The notes under the pieces are model-generated. The model was not told the origin of the DNA. It made no database searches and saw nothing but the letters and a program-made list of their open reading frames with translations. DNA of 64,000 nt. Source: a candidate division Kazan bacterium. GTDB taxonomy: Bacteria > Patescibacteriota > Kazan-3B-28. Location: NCBI GenBank assembly GCA_003647645.1, contig QMNG01000002.1, positions 1,151-65,150 of the forward strand, given 5' to 3'. Positions 28,596-38,201 of this stretch are shown here, piece after piece. The translations under genes were made by a program, and so were the position numbers. Positions within the stretch are counted from its first letter, which is position 1. Each line of letters starts with the position of its first letter.

Positions 28596-30069
28596 ACTAC
28601 AAACTATTTATGGGAATTTAATCCGTTTATTTTGGGGACTGGTAATTAGTGTTGGCGTACTGATACTATTGGGGGCAGGGGTATTCTTGGGATTTGATTA
28701 TATTTATGCTGGGCGGGTGTTACCTGGCGTCCATTTTCTGGATGTGGATTTAGGAGGAATGACACATGGGGAAGTGTTGGAGGCAGTGGATGCGCGCGTG
28801 GATACCACTGATGTCTCTCCCCTTCAGCTGGAGTTTGATGGTTTGGTTTGGGAGATGAACCCAAGCAAATTCGGTTTTGAGATTAACATTAACCAATTGG
28901 CCAAGCAGGCCTTGGCAGTCGGTCGACGCTCCAACCTTCTCGATAAGATTATTGAGCGAGGTGCTTCTGTACTTGGCTTTGCCCAGCCGATTGTCAGTAA
29001 AGTAGATCTTGTAGAAACCTTTAATAAAGATACTTTAGCAAAATATTTAAGGTTGATTTATGACGAAATAGCCCAACCAAGCCAAAATGCAGTGTTTGTT
29101 CGCAATGGTGACAGGGTAACAGAGTTCATTGCACCCCAAAACGGCCAAGAGTTAGATATTAAAAAAACAATTTTGTTGATTACCCATAATGTGCTCAATC
29201 CTAACCGACGGATCATATTGCCAGTTACAATTACCAAACCCCGGATTACGTTGGCTCAGGCTAATGATTTAGGCATAACTACGCTAATGGCCCGGGGTGT
29301 TTCTGACTTTTCGGGTAGCCCCCCAAACCGCCGCCACAACATCGCGGTCGGTGCTGCTCGTTTTGATGGAGTTCTTATTCCCCCCGGGAAAAAATTCTCT
29401 TTTCTTAAAACACTAGGCAATGTTAACGCCAGCACCGGTTATCTGCCCGAGCTGGTGATTAAGGGTGATGAAACTATTCCTGAGTACGGCGGAGGTTTGT
29501 GCCAGGTGTCAACAACTGCTTTTCGGGCTATTCTCAATAGCGGACTGCCTGTAAATGCTCGGCGCAACCACTCTTATCGAGTGGTTTATTATGAACCTGC
29601 GGGAACGGACGCAACCATCTATCAGCCGTATCCGGATTTACAATTTACCAACGACACTGAAGCATATATTATGATGGACACTTATATTAAGGGGAATCAA
29701 TTGTTTTTCGATTTTTATGGCGCCGAAACTGGCCGGAAAGTGAAGCTCGACGGCCCCTATATCTTTAATGTCACTACCTATCCGGAACCGATATATATAG
29801 ACACTTCCACTATCCCAGTCGGTGAAATTCAGCAAGTTGATTCGGCCCACCGAGGGGCCGATGCGGTTCTGTATCGTAAGATTTATGATAAAGATGGTAA
29901 ACTGATATCTAAAGATACTTTTAATAGCCACTATATTCCTTGGCCGGCCAAGTATTTAAGAGGCGTGGAAGAAGCGCCACCGGTAGAAGCAGATTTGGAG
30001 AATGTCTTGCCGGATGAGGCTGCTTCAGAAGAAGCTAAGGTTGATCCCATAAATACAGGGAATGAATAA
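28582..30069 (+). CDS. VanW-family protein with N-terminal membrane anchor
   Basis: TM (LFWGLVISVGVLILLGAGVFLGF). VanW core YGGGLCQVSTTAFRAILNSGLPVNARRNHSYRVVYYEPAGTDATIY. Confidence 0.8.
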   Translation: MAGAKLQTIYGNLIRLFWGLVISVGVLILLGAGVFLGFDYIYAGRVLPGVHFLDVDLGGMTHGEVLEAVDARVDTTDVSPLQLEFDGLVWEMNPSKFGFEININQLAKQALAVGRRSNLLDKIIERGASVLGFAQPIVSKVDLVETFNKDTLAKYLRLIYDEIAQPSQNAVFVRNGDRVTEFIAPQNGQELDIKKTILLITHNVLNPNRRIILPVTITKPRITLAQANDLGITTLMARGVSDFSGSPPNRRHNIAVGAARFDGVLIPPGKKFSFLKTLGNVNASTGYLPELVIKGDETIPEYGGGLCQVSTTAFRAILNSGLPVNARRNHSYRVVYYEPAGTDATIYQPYPDLQFTNDTEAYIMMDTYIKGNQLFFDFYGAETGRKVKLDGPYIFNVTTYPEPIYIDTSTIPVGEIQQVDSAHRGADAVLYRKIYDKDGKLISKDTFNSHYIPWPAKYLRGVEEAPPVEADLENVLPDEAASEEAKVDPINTGNE

Positions 30070-30089
30070 TGAATGATGAATTATGAATC
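30062..30089. repeat. Heptamer microsatellite (ATGAATN)x4 spanning the VanW-family stop codon
   Basis: atgaata atgaatg atgaatt atgaatc read directly. Confidence 0.85.
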
Positions 30090-30182
30090 AGGGGAAAACA
30101 GAGAAAAACTAAAAGAAAACCAAGAGAAAACCAATAAAAAATAATAATACTTTCTGATCCTATCGAAGGACTCCCCCCGTCA

Positions 30183-30210
30183 TTCCCGCGCAGGCGGGAA
30201 TCCAGAAAAG
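30183..30210 (+). repeat. 28-nt intergenic hairpin element, copy 1
   Basis: ttcccgcgcaggcgggaatccagaaaag. 7-bp stem TTCCCGC/GCGGGAA, loop GCAG. 25/28 identical to 35791-35818. Confidence 0.8.
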
Positions 30211-30240
30211 AAAAAACAAAAAATTATTTTTTTCATCCCC

Positions 30241-30273
30241 TACTCTCTATACTCCATACTCTATACCCTACTC
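30241..30273. repeat. Pyrimidine-rich heptamer array (YATACTC)x4.7 ending at the holA ATG
   Basis: tactctc tatactc catactc tataccc tactc, then ATG at 30274. Confidence 0.85.
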
Positions 30274-31218
30274 ATGAAATATCTAATCTTTGGTGAAGAT
30301 ACATATCGTTCCGGCAAGCAGATATCTGTTATGAAACAGAAATTTATTGATGGGTACGGGCGGGACAACTTAGTAGTAAAAAAGGGCGCCGAACTTGATG
30401 GCGTTAATTTGGAGAATATTTTATTTGCCCAAACTCTGCTGGGGGGGGATCGACTGGTAGTTTTTGAGGATGTGTTAGCCCAAGCTAGTGACGAAGTCAG
30501 GCAGGAGCTGACAAAAATTATTCAGGGTGAATTACCAAATGATTTAACGGTTGTTTTTTATGAAGCAGGAAAAGTTGACCGTCGACTTCTGCTGTTTAAA
30601 GTGCTGAACAAGTCAGCAAAGGTCGAGGAGTTTAGACCCTTGGCCAAAAGGGAGCTTGTAGGCGAAGCAAAAAACATGATGGTAGAAAAGCGTGTTATGT
30701 TATCCGATTGGCAGATGTCCGGTTTGCTGGAACGAACCAGTGATCTGTGGCAACTGCACAATGAGCTGGACAAGCTGTCCGCTTTTGGTTTGGGCAAACC
30801 GATTACTAATGAGCAATTTCAGCAGCTAGTTGGCTCTAGCGCTGATGCTAATACCTTTGCCCTTTTGGATGCAATTTCTGTTGCTGACATGCCAACAGCC
30901 AACAGAATACTAAACCAAGCGTTAAGACAGGGAGAAAACGAGATTCGGATGCTGGGTTCTATTGCTTATCAGCTGCGCAATTTGATCCGCATCAAAGATA
31001 TGAGTGAATCTGGGGTGAAACCCAACATCATAAGCCAGCGGGCGGGGATACACCCCTTCGTGGTTCAAAAAACCCTCTCACAGATTAGACATTTAAGCAG
31101 AAGGAAAATTATTAGTGCGTACCAAAAGCTGGTTAAGACCGATTGGCAAATTAAAACAGGCGTCTATAAGGCATCTGACGCTCTCGATCTATTGGTAGCT
31201 GAGCTGACCAACCGCTAA
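30274..31218 (+). CDS. holA: DNA polymerase III delta subunit (HolA)
   Basis: 314 aa. The N-terminal YLIFGEDTY pattern and overall delta-like organisation are recognised from memory; weaker than the other calls. Confidence 0.72.
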   Translation: MKYLIFGEDTYRSGKQISVMKQKFIDGYGRDNLVVKKGAELDGVNLENILFAQTLLGGDRLVVFEDVLAQASDEVRQELTKIIQGELPNDLTVVFYEAGKVDRRLLLFKVLNKSAKVEEFRPLAKRELVGEAKNMMVEKRVMLSDWQMSGLLERTSDLWQLHNELDKLSAFGLGKPITNEQFQQLVGSSADANTFALLDAISVADMPTANRILNQALRQGENEIRMLGSIAYQLRNLIRIKDMSESGVKPNIISQRAGIHPFVVQKTLSQIRHLSRRKIISAYQKLVKTDWQIKTGVYKASDALDLLVAELTNR

Positions 31219-31237
31219 AGATAAGCACTAAAGGATA

Positions 31238-31465
31238 TTATTTCTTGCCAATTCTGGACTTCAATCGGGCGGCTTTATTGGGGTGAATCACCCGCTTTTG
31301 GGCAGCTTTGTCCAAAGCTCTGTAGGCAGCTTTTACGTTTTCCTCACTCTTTTCAATTCGAGCCTTTTTCACGGCGGATTTATAGGCGGTTCTGTATGCC
31401 AAATTAGCTTTATGCTTTTTGGCAGAACTTCTGACCCGCTTTTTGGCTGATTTAATAATCGGCAT
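31238..31465 (-). CDS. rpsT: 30S ribosomal protein S20 (75 aa)
   Basis: MPIIKSAKKRVRSSAKKHKANLAYRT... is the canonical S20 N-terminus. The track ORF (to 31654) carries a spurious 63-aa extension. Confidence 0.9.
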   Translation of the reverse strand: MPIIKSAKKRVRSSAKKHKANLAYRTAYKSAVKKARIEKSEENVKAAYRALDKAAQKRVIHPNKAARLKSRIGKK

Positions 31466-31684
31466 GAGTATAGGGTAATTGTTTTGCCACATTATGTAAA
31501 GTGGCTTCTTTTTCTCTGCCATTCTGTTTAAAGGAAAAATGTTTGTCGGCATAAAAGGAGAAGAATACCCATAAATCCGATGAGATATTTTTGTCCTACT
31601 AAAAGGATCTTTAAATGAATTCAGAATGACGGCACAGGCGAAGATTGACATCACTTAGTTTTTTAGGTAAGTTTGACTATTCTT

Positions 31685-32869
31685 ATGGAACAGACCCCCA
31701 AACAACAAATAGTTGAGCTTATCAAGAAGGCGCAGAATATCTTGATTGCACCCAGCCAGCCGGACGGTGATTCCCTCGGCTCATCTCTGGCTTTGCTTTT
31801 GGTGCTGAAAAAAATGGGCAAAAAGGTGTCATTGCGGATTGATGGCTCGGTTAAGCCCAGTTACCAATTTTTGCCGGGAGTTAAGAATATAAATAGTGAA
31901 GATGCCAGTGGGGCAAGAGATTTTATTATTACCCTGTCTAGCAGTACAGCCGAAGCGGAAAAGCTTTCTTATACTATGGAGGATGGCAAACTAAACATCA
32001 TTATCACGCCCAAAAAAGGCAGTTACAGGCCAGAAGATGCCAGCTTCAAACAAGGTCAGCCCAAATATGATATCATCATTGTTCTTGACGCAGCTGTTCT
32101 GACTCAACTTGGAGAAACCTACAGTCAGTCCCCCGCTCTGTTTAAAGAAGTGCCGGTGATCAATATTGACCACCATGCCAGCAATTCATTTTTTGGCACG
32201 GTTAATTTGGTCGATATGACTTCTAGCTCAACTGCCGAAATTTTAATCGGCTTAATTGAGGCGTTGGGCAGTGATTTAATTAACGAAGATGTGGCTACCT
32301 GTCTGTTGACTGGAATCATTGCTGATACCGGATCCTTCCAAAATGCTAATACTAGTCCCAAGTCATTGACAGTAGCCGCTCAGATGGTGGGGTTTGGAGC
32401 CCGCCATCAGGAGATTATTAAAAATTTGTTTAAGACCAAAACTCTACCTACTCTCAAGTTGTGGGGGCAGGTATTGTCTGGTGTTCAGGTGGACGCGGAG
32501 AAAAAATTTGCCTGGGGCGTAGCCAGTTTACAGGACTTGAAAGCTTCGGGTGCCACTAAAGAAGATTTTGCCGGTTTAATTGATAGTTTAATGACCAGTA
32601 TCCCAGGCGTGGAAGTAGTTTTGCTTCTCACCGAAAGAGAGCCAAATATAATTTATGGCAGCATCAGAACAACCAAAGGAGTTGACGCGGTAGAGATTGC
32701 TAATTTGTTCGGCGGTGGTGGACATCCGGGAGCGGCAGCTTTCCAAATGTTGGATATGACCATTGATCAGGCTCTCCCCATAGTCATAGAGAAAATAAGT
32801 GCATATCAATCCGATAGATTGGCTCTAAAATCAGCTCCACAGGAAGAAAAAATTACTTCCACAGCATAA
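31685..32869 (+). CDS. DHH/DHHA1 phosphoesterase (NrnA-like oligoribonuclease/pAp phosphatase)
   Basis: DGDSLGSSLAL, NIDHHASN, DTGSFQNANT and GGGHPGAAAF motifs. The track start at 31673 is TTG; ATG 31685 is preferred. Confidence 0.8.
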   Translation: MEQTPKQQIVELIKKAQNILIAPSQPDGDSLGSSLALLLVLKKMGKKVSLRIDGSVKPSYQFLPGVKNINSEDASGARDFIITLSSSTAEAEKLSYTMEDGKLNIIITPKKGSYRPEDASFKQGQPKYDIIIVLDAAVLTQLGETYSQSPALFKEVPVINIDHHASNSFFGTVNLVDMTSSSTAEILIGLIEALGSDLINEDVATCLLTGIIADTGSFQNANTSPKSLTVAAQMVGFGARHQEIIKNLFKTKTLPTLKLWGQVLSGVQVDAEKKFAWGVASLQDLKASGATKEDFAGLIDSLMTSIPGVEVVLLLTEREPNIIYGSIRTTKGVDAVEIANLFGGGGHPGAAAFQMLDMTIDQALPIVIEKISAYQSDRLALKSAPQEEKITSTA

Positions 32870-32936
32870 AAATCCCCAATTTCCCCCATTGATTTATGAT
32901 AGATATTATGCTAACATCTAGAGGTGTTAAAATTTT

Positions 32937-33206
32937 ATGAGTATTAAAACTACAAAGAAAAAGAAAATCATTAGCGAACATCAGTCCCATGAAAAGGATA
33001 CTGGTTCTACAGAAGTGCAAATAGCGCTTTTAACCGCTAAGATTAACGAGTTGACAAAACATCTCAAGACCCACAGCAAAGATTTGCATTCCAGAAGGGG
33101 GTTGTTTAAGATGGTTGGCAACAGGCGTCGTCTGTTGGCGCATTTAGAACAAACTAATTTGAAACTATATAATAGTTTGGTTAAAAAATTAAAAATTAGG
33201 AAATAG
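32937..33206 (+). CDS. rpsO: 30S ribosomal protein S15
   Basis: 89 aa. [34 protein letters not shown]. rpsO-pnp context. Confidence 0.93.
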   Translation: MSIKTTKKKKIISEHQSHEKDTGSTEVQIALLTAKINELTKHLKTHSKDLHSRRGLFKMVGNRRRLLAHLEQTNLKLYNSLVKKLKIRK

Positions 33207-33381
33207 AAAACTTTATTTGAGACAAGAGAGTGAAGTCAGAAGTAAGCGCATATGCGACCACCGACTATATTCCAAGCTTTGTTCTAAGATCCTCCATTTG
33301 CTTTTGCTCCTGGCTTTACTATCGCTCTCCTTCAATCTCATTGGTTGTTTCTCTGTTTCCTGATAGGAAAGGAGCAAGGTC

Positions 33382-35472
33382 ATGGAAAAATTTGTAACTA
33401 CGCTTGGAGATACCAAGCTTGAAGTGGAAACCGGTAAGCTGGCTGTACTGGCGTCTGGTTCTGTAACCTTGCGCATGGGCGATACGGTTATTTTAGCAAC
33501 CGCTGTTATGTCTCCTAAGCCGCGGGAAGACGTTGACTTTTTCCCCCTGCTCATAGATTTTGAAGAGAGGATGTATGCTGCCGGTAAGATATCGGGCAGT
33601 CGGTTTATCAAAAGAGAGGGCCGTCCCTCTGAAGAAGCTATTTTGTCTGCCCGCCTGATTGACCGGCCAATCCGTCCTCTTTTTCCCAAGGGATTTTACA
33701 ACGATGTTCAGATAGTTCTGACAATATTGTCTGTGGACATGGTCAATGATCCCGATGTGCTGGCAATTACTGCCGCGTCTGCCGCTCTTATGCAGGTCGG
33801 CTCCCCTTTTCAGGGACCGGTCGCCGGAGTGCGAGTTGGGTATGTCGATGGCAAATATATATTGAATCCAACTTATGAACAGCGGGAAAAGAGCAAACTC
33901 GACCTAGTCGTCGCCGGAACGCGTGATGCCATCATGATGGTAGAAGCCGGCGCCAACGAAGTTAGCGAAGATATTATTTTGGAAGGAATCGAATTTGGCC
34001 ATAAAGGCATGCAGCCGCTCATTACCATGCAGGAGGATATGGCTAAACAGATGGATGTAGCACAAGGTCAGCATGAAATATCCAAAACCCCTAAAGATCT
34101 TGAAACTCAGATATTTGATGACATCAAAACTGCCATAAGCGATGCTGTTTATCACCAGGACAAGACTATTCGTAGCGCTAAAATGGAGGAACTTCAAGCC
34201 CGGGCGATCGAAAAATTTGCTACAGAAGAGACGCCCGAAGCTGTGGTGGCCGGCATAGTAAATAAGATTATTGGCGAAGAGGTCCGCCGCAATATTTTGG
34301 AGCATGATAGGCGGCCAGACGGCAGAAAGCCCGATGAAATTCGTCCGTTAAAGATGGAGGTGAAGCTCTTACCCCGAACCCACGGTTCAGCTATATTTAC
34401 CCGGGGCGAAACCCAGGCTTTATCTACAGTTACCCTGGGCTCTTTAGACGATGAACAAATACTAGACACGATGGAGCAGGATACTACCAAGCGATATATG
34501 CATCACTATAATTTTCCTCCCTTTGCTACCAATGAAGTCAGGCCGATGCGTTCGACAAACCGGCGTGAAATTGGTCACGGAGCTTTGGCCGAGAGGGCCT
34601 TGCTTCCAGTCATTCCAAGCAGATTAGATTTTCCCTACACCATCCGAGTAGTATCAGAAATTTTATCCAGCAACGGCAGCAGTTCAATGGCATCTGTCTG
34701 CGGCAGTACTCTTTCTTTGATGGACGCTGGTGTACCGATCAAAAAACCAATTGCCGGTATTGCTATGGGATTAATTACTGATGGCAATAAATATAAAATC
34801 CTTACCGACATTGCCGGCATTGAAGATTTTAATGGTGATATGGATTTCAAAGTGGCAGGCAGTCGTGATGGAATTACTGCGTTGCAAATGGATATCAAGG
34901 TGGCTGGTATCACTCCCCAAATTATGAAAGACGCTTTGGCCAAGGCCAAAACTGCCAGGTATATACTGCTCGATGAAATGGCAAAGGTGATTGCTGAACC
35001 CAGAAAGGAACTTTCACCTTACGCTCCCCGAGTAATTACCGTTAAAGTTCCCGTCGATAAGATTGGTGATGTTATTGGGCCAGGCGGCAAAATTATTAAT
35101 GAAATTATTGAAAAAGCCGGCGGCAAAGCAGTGACTAACATCAGCATTGAAGATGATGGAAGTACATTCATTACATCAACTGACGCAAAGTTGGGCGAAG
35201 AGGCTGCGCAAACTATTCGCCAGATGGTGCGTGAAATTAGGCCGGGAGAAAGATTCACTGGTAAGGTCGTAAAAATAACCGACTTTGGTGCTTTTGTAGA
35301 GCTTACTCCAGGCCATGATGGTTTGGTCCATATTTCAGAACTTTCTAACAAGCGGGTTAACAGAGTGGAAGACGTTGTCAAAGAGGGCGATTATCTCGAG
35401 GTTGTAGTTAAAGAAGTAGATAAAATGGGACGTATTAATCTATCTCACAAAGATACACTCAATAAAAAGTAG
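33382..35472 (+). CDS. pnp: Polyribonucleotide nucleotidyltransferase (PNPase)
   Basis: Two RNase PH domains ([18 protein letters not shown]), a KH domain ([11 protein letters not shown]) and an S1 domain ([15 protein letters not shown]). Confidence 0.95.
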   Translation: MEKFVTTLGDTKLEVETGKLAVLASGSVTLRMGDTVILATAVMSPKPREDVDFFPLLIDFEERMYAAGKISGSRFIKREGRPSEEAILSARLIDRPIRPLFPKGFYNDVQIVLTILSVDMVNDPDVLAITAASAALMQVGSPFQGPVAGVRVGYVDGKYILNPTYEQREKSKLDLVVAGTRDAIMMVEAGANEVSEDIILEGIEFGHKGMQPLITMQEDMAKQMDVAQGQHEISKTPKDLETQIFDDIKTAISDAVYHQDKTIRSAKMEELQARAIEKFATEETPEAVVAGIVNKIIGEEVRRNILEHDRRPDGRKPDEIRPLKMEVKLLPRTHGSAIFTRGETQALSTVTLGSLDDEQILDTMEQDTTKRYMHHYNFPPFATNEVRPMRSTNRREIGHGALAERALLPVIPSRLDFPYTIRVVSEILSSNGSSSMASVCGSTLSLMDAGVPIKKPIAGIAMGLITDGNKYKILTDIAGIEDFNGDMDFKVAGSRDGITALQMDIKVAGITPQIMKDALAKAKTARYILLDEMAKVIAEPRKELSPYAPRVITVKVPVDKIGDVIGPGGKIINEIIEKAGGKAVTNISIEDDGSTFITSTDAKLGEEAAQTIRQMVREIRPGERFTGKVVKITDFGAFVELTPGHDGLVHISELSNKRVNRVEDVVKEGDYLEVVVKEVDKMGRINLSHKDTLNKK

Positions 35473-35476
35473 GGTT

Positions 35477-35731
35477 ATGCAGTGCCCCAATTGTGGACAT
35501 GAAAATAAACCGGATAATATTTTCTGTGTAAAGTGCGCAACGGTTATTAAAAATAGGCCTCGTCTAGAGAGGGTTAAACATGCATTTATGCCTCCCCAGA
35601 ACGAGCACGTGGTGGACCCTCGCACGGTCCGATTTAGTAAACCATCTATGCCACGGAGTAAAATTGATTGGAGCTGGGTGTTATTAGGTGTTGCCTTATT
35701 TGCTCTGTTGTTATTTTTAATCTACGGATAG
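35477..35731 (+). CDS. Zinc-ribbon protein with C-terminal TM anchor
   Basis: CPNCGHEN...FCVKCAT and a terminal hydrophobic helix WSWVLLGVALFALLLFLIY. Confidence 0.55.
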   Translation: MQCPNCGHENKPDNIFCVKCATVIKNRPRLERVKHAFMPPQNEHVVDPRTVRFSKPSMPRSKIDWSWVLLGVALFALLLFLIYG

Positions 35732-35751
35732 AGCATAGAGGATAGAGAGGC
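35724..35751. repeat. Heptamer array (GAGNATA)x3-4, reverse complement of the TATNCTC family at 30241-30273
   Basis: acggata gagcata gaggata gagaggc. Spans the stop codon at 35729-35731. Confidence 0.7.
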
Positions 35752-35790
35752 ATATTGTCTGAGCGAAGTCGAAGATTTACTTTACTGTTG

Positions 35791-35818
35791 TTCCCGTGCA
35801 GATGGGAATCCAGAAAAG
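35791..35818 (+). repeat. 28-nt intergenic hairpin element, copy 2
   Basis: ttcccgtgcagatgggaatccagaaaag. The stem is retained through a C-G to T-A change plus one G-T wobble. Confidence 0.8.
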
Positions 35819-35866
35819 GACAAAAAACATTTACTCTAAATTTTAAATTCTAAGCTCTAATTTAAT

Positions 35867-36475
35867 ATGGATAGACAAGCTGAATTTGAAAAACTAGTGC
35901 AGGATATTAAAGAACATACTTGTTCTCTCAGGGCAGGCTGTATCCAAGCAGTTCCCGGTGATGGTAACATCAATAGTCCGGTTATGTTTATCGGTGAAGG
36001 GCCAGGCCGAGTTGAGGATGAGCAAGGCAAACCATTTGTTGGTCCGGCTGGCAAACTTTGGGAAGAAGCCATTGGTAATCTAGGTTGGAAGCGCGAAGAT
36101 GTTTACATCACAAATGTAATAAAGTGCCGTCCGCCTAATAACCGCGATCCCCTTGCTTCAGAGGTTGAAGAACACAAGCCGTTTTTGGAACGGGAGCTAG
36201 AAATTATTAAACCCAAATTAATTGTGCTATTAGGCCGCCATGCAATGCAGTGGTTTTTGCCGGGCGAAAAAATTTCAGCCATTCGAGGTACAGCCAAGCG
36301 CCGAGGGGGAAGGATATATTTTGTTGTCTATCACCCAGCTGCCGCATTATATGACCCAAAACTGAAGAGTGTGTTGATGGCAGATTTCAAAAAGATACCT
36401 ATACTGTTGAAGAAGATAGATAAACTGCCTCCCATTGAAGAAACCAAGAAAGAGATTCAGGCAATATTATTTTAA
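35867..36475 (+). CDS. Uracil-DNA glycosylase, family 4
   Basis: GEGPGRVEDEQGKPFVGPAGKLW motif A and the HPAAALY region. Confidence 0.88.
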   Translation: MDRQAEFEKLVQDIKEHTCSLRAGCIQAVPGDGNINSPVMFIGEGPGRVEDEQGKPFVGPAGKLWEEAIGNLGWKREDVYITNVIKCRPPNNRDPLASEVEEHKPFLERELEIIKPKLIVLLGRHAMQWFLPGEKISAIRGTAKRRGGRIYFVVYHPAAALYDPKLKSVLMADFKKIPILLKKIDKLPPIEETKKEIQAILF

Positions 36476-36488
36476 AGGACTCAAATAG

Positions 36489-38201
36489 ATGAGAAATAAA
36501 AAAGGGCAAAAAGCCCAAAAAATATTTCCCCGGCAGTCGTCAGGGTCAGCTTTAAAGATCATTCCTTTAGGCGGAGTCGGCGAAATGGGCAAAAACATGA
36601 TTGCAGTTGAGTGCGGCGACGATATTGTAGTTATTGAGTGCGGGCTTATGTTCCCTGACGAAACTATGCTGGGAATTGATAAGATTATTCCCGATGTTAC
36701 CTATTTGGAGCAAAACAAGAAAAAACTTCGCGGTTTTGTAATCACTCACGGACACGAGGATCATACGGGAGCCATACCCTATATCGTTCCTAAGCTGGGC
36801 GCACCGGTGTTTGCTCCCAAACTGGCGGCGGCGTTAATAAAAACTAATCTAGAGGAATTTCCCAATGCCAAAGGCGTCAAGATAAATACCTACAAACCAA
36901 ATGATAAAATTCGTCTGGGCAGATTCACGGTGTCGTTTTTTAGGGTAAATCACAGCATCCCGGATTCATTTGGAATTATTATTGATACGCCAGAGGGACG
37001 GATTCTGCACACCGGTGATTTTAAGTTCGACCCAACTCCTCCGGACGGGATTAAAGCCGATTATGATAAGCTAAAAAAAATTGGCAAGGAACGCCCGCTT
37101 CTACTAATGAGTGAAAGCACTAATGTTCACCATCCCGGCCGGACGCCGTCTGAGCAGGTGATCATAGATGTTTTTATGGACATTTTTGCTAAAACAAGGG
37201 GGCGGTTGATCGTCTCCTCATTTGCCTCCAGAATTGACAGAATGCAGCATGTGGTCGCTGCGGCCGTTAAGTATAAACGCAAAATTGCTATTGCTGGTCG
37301 AAGCATGATTAAGTATTTTGATGCTGCCCGCAAGCTTGGCTATATAAAATATCCCAAGGATATTTTGATTCGCCTAAACCAGATCAAGAATTACCCAGAT
37401 CATCAAATAGTGATTCTCAGCACTGGCAGCCAAGGTCAGGAAGGCTCGGCTCTACAACGGATGGCGTTTGGTGAGCACAAGCAGGTAAAGATCAAAAAGG
37501 GTGATACAGTTATTGTTTCCTCCTCCCCCATTCCTGGAAACGAGAATTCAATTAATGCAGTAATTAATAACCTGTGTCGGGTTGGTGCGGATGTCATTTT
37601 TGACAAAATTATGCAGGTTCACGTTACGGGGCATGCCTATCGAGACGAGATGAAGATGATGCTGGAAATGGTGAAACCGAAATTCTTTATTCCGGTTCAT
37701 GGCGATTACCACATGCTGGTGGCTCACAGCAAATTAGCAGCAGAAACCGGAGTTAATCCCAATAATATTTTTGTTATTGAAGACGGCGATGTGGTTGAGT
37801 TCAAAAAAAGCAAGGCCCATAAAGCCAAACAACGAGTGCATGTCGGCTCTATATTGGTAGATGGTTTGGGGGTTGGAGATGTTAAAGAGATTGTACTGCG
37901 CGACAGGAAAACTATGGGAGCTGAAGGAGTGGTGATGATCGTTGTCATAGTTAACAAAAAAGGTAAATTGATCGGTAATCCTGACATTATCTCGCGGGGA
38001 TTTGTTTATATGCGGGATAATACTAAAATGATTGGCAAAACCCGTGATTACATCAAGCGAGTATTTGAAAAACACACTAGCAACAAGCTGCCTGACGATT
38101 GGACCAATATAAAAACTAAACTCCGAGAAAGTGTTGGTGACTATCTGTTTAAGGAAACTGAGCGTCGGCCGTTAATTCTGCCAATAGTGATCGAGGTTTA
38201 G
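36489..38201 (+). CDS. rnj: Ribonuclease J
   Basis: Beta-CASP metallo-beta-lactamase. HGHEDHTGAIPY, 570 aa, C-terminal domain present. Confidence 0.92.
   Translation: MRNKKGQKAQKIFPRQSSGSALKIIPLGGVGEMGKNMIAVECGDDIVVIECGLMFPDETMLGIDKIIPDVTYLEQNKKKLRGFVITHGHEDHTGAIPYIVPKLGAPVFAPKLAAALIKTNLEEFPNAKGVKINTYKPNDKIRLGRFTVSFFRVNHSIPDSFGIIIDTPEGRILHTGDFKFDPTPPDGIKADYDKLKKIGKERPLLLMSESTNVHHPGRTPSEQVIIDVFMDIFAKTRGRLIVSSFASRIDRMQHVVAAAVKYKRKIAIAGRSMIKYFDAARKLGYIKYPKDILIRLNQIKNYPDHQIVILSTGSQGQEGSALQRMAFGEHKQVKIKKGDTVIVSSSPIPGNENSINAVINNLCRVGADVIFDKIMQVHVTGHAYRDEMKMMLEMVKPKFFIPVHGDYHMLVAHSKLAAETGVNPNNIFVIEDGDVVEFKKSKAHKAKQRVHVGSILVDGLGVGDVKEIVLRDRKTMGAEGVVMIVVIVNKKGKLIGNPDIISRGFVYMRDNTKMIGKTRDYIKRVFEKHTSNKLPDDWTNIKTKLRESVGDYLFKETERRPLILPIVIEV

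Noticed and set aside
31466-31654. 63-aa N-terminal extension of S20 in the ORF track
   Set aside because: The canonical S20 N-terminus MPIIKSAKKR starts at 31465. The extension has no similarity to S20 and overlaps the divergent promoter region.
33213-33689. 158-aa - strand ORF across the rpsO-pnp spacer and the pnp 5' end
   Set aside because: It is antisense to a securely identified PNPase N-terminus and leader, with no start signals. A typical shadow ORF.
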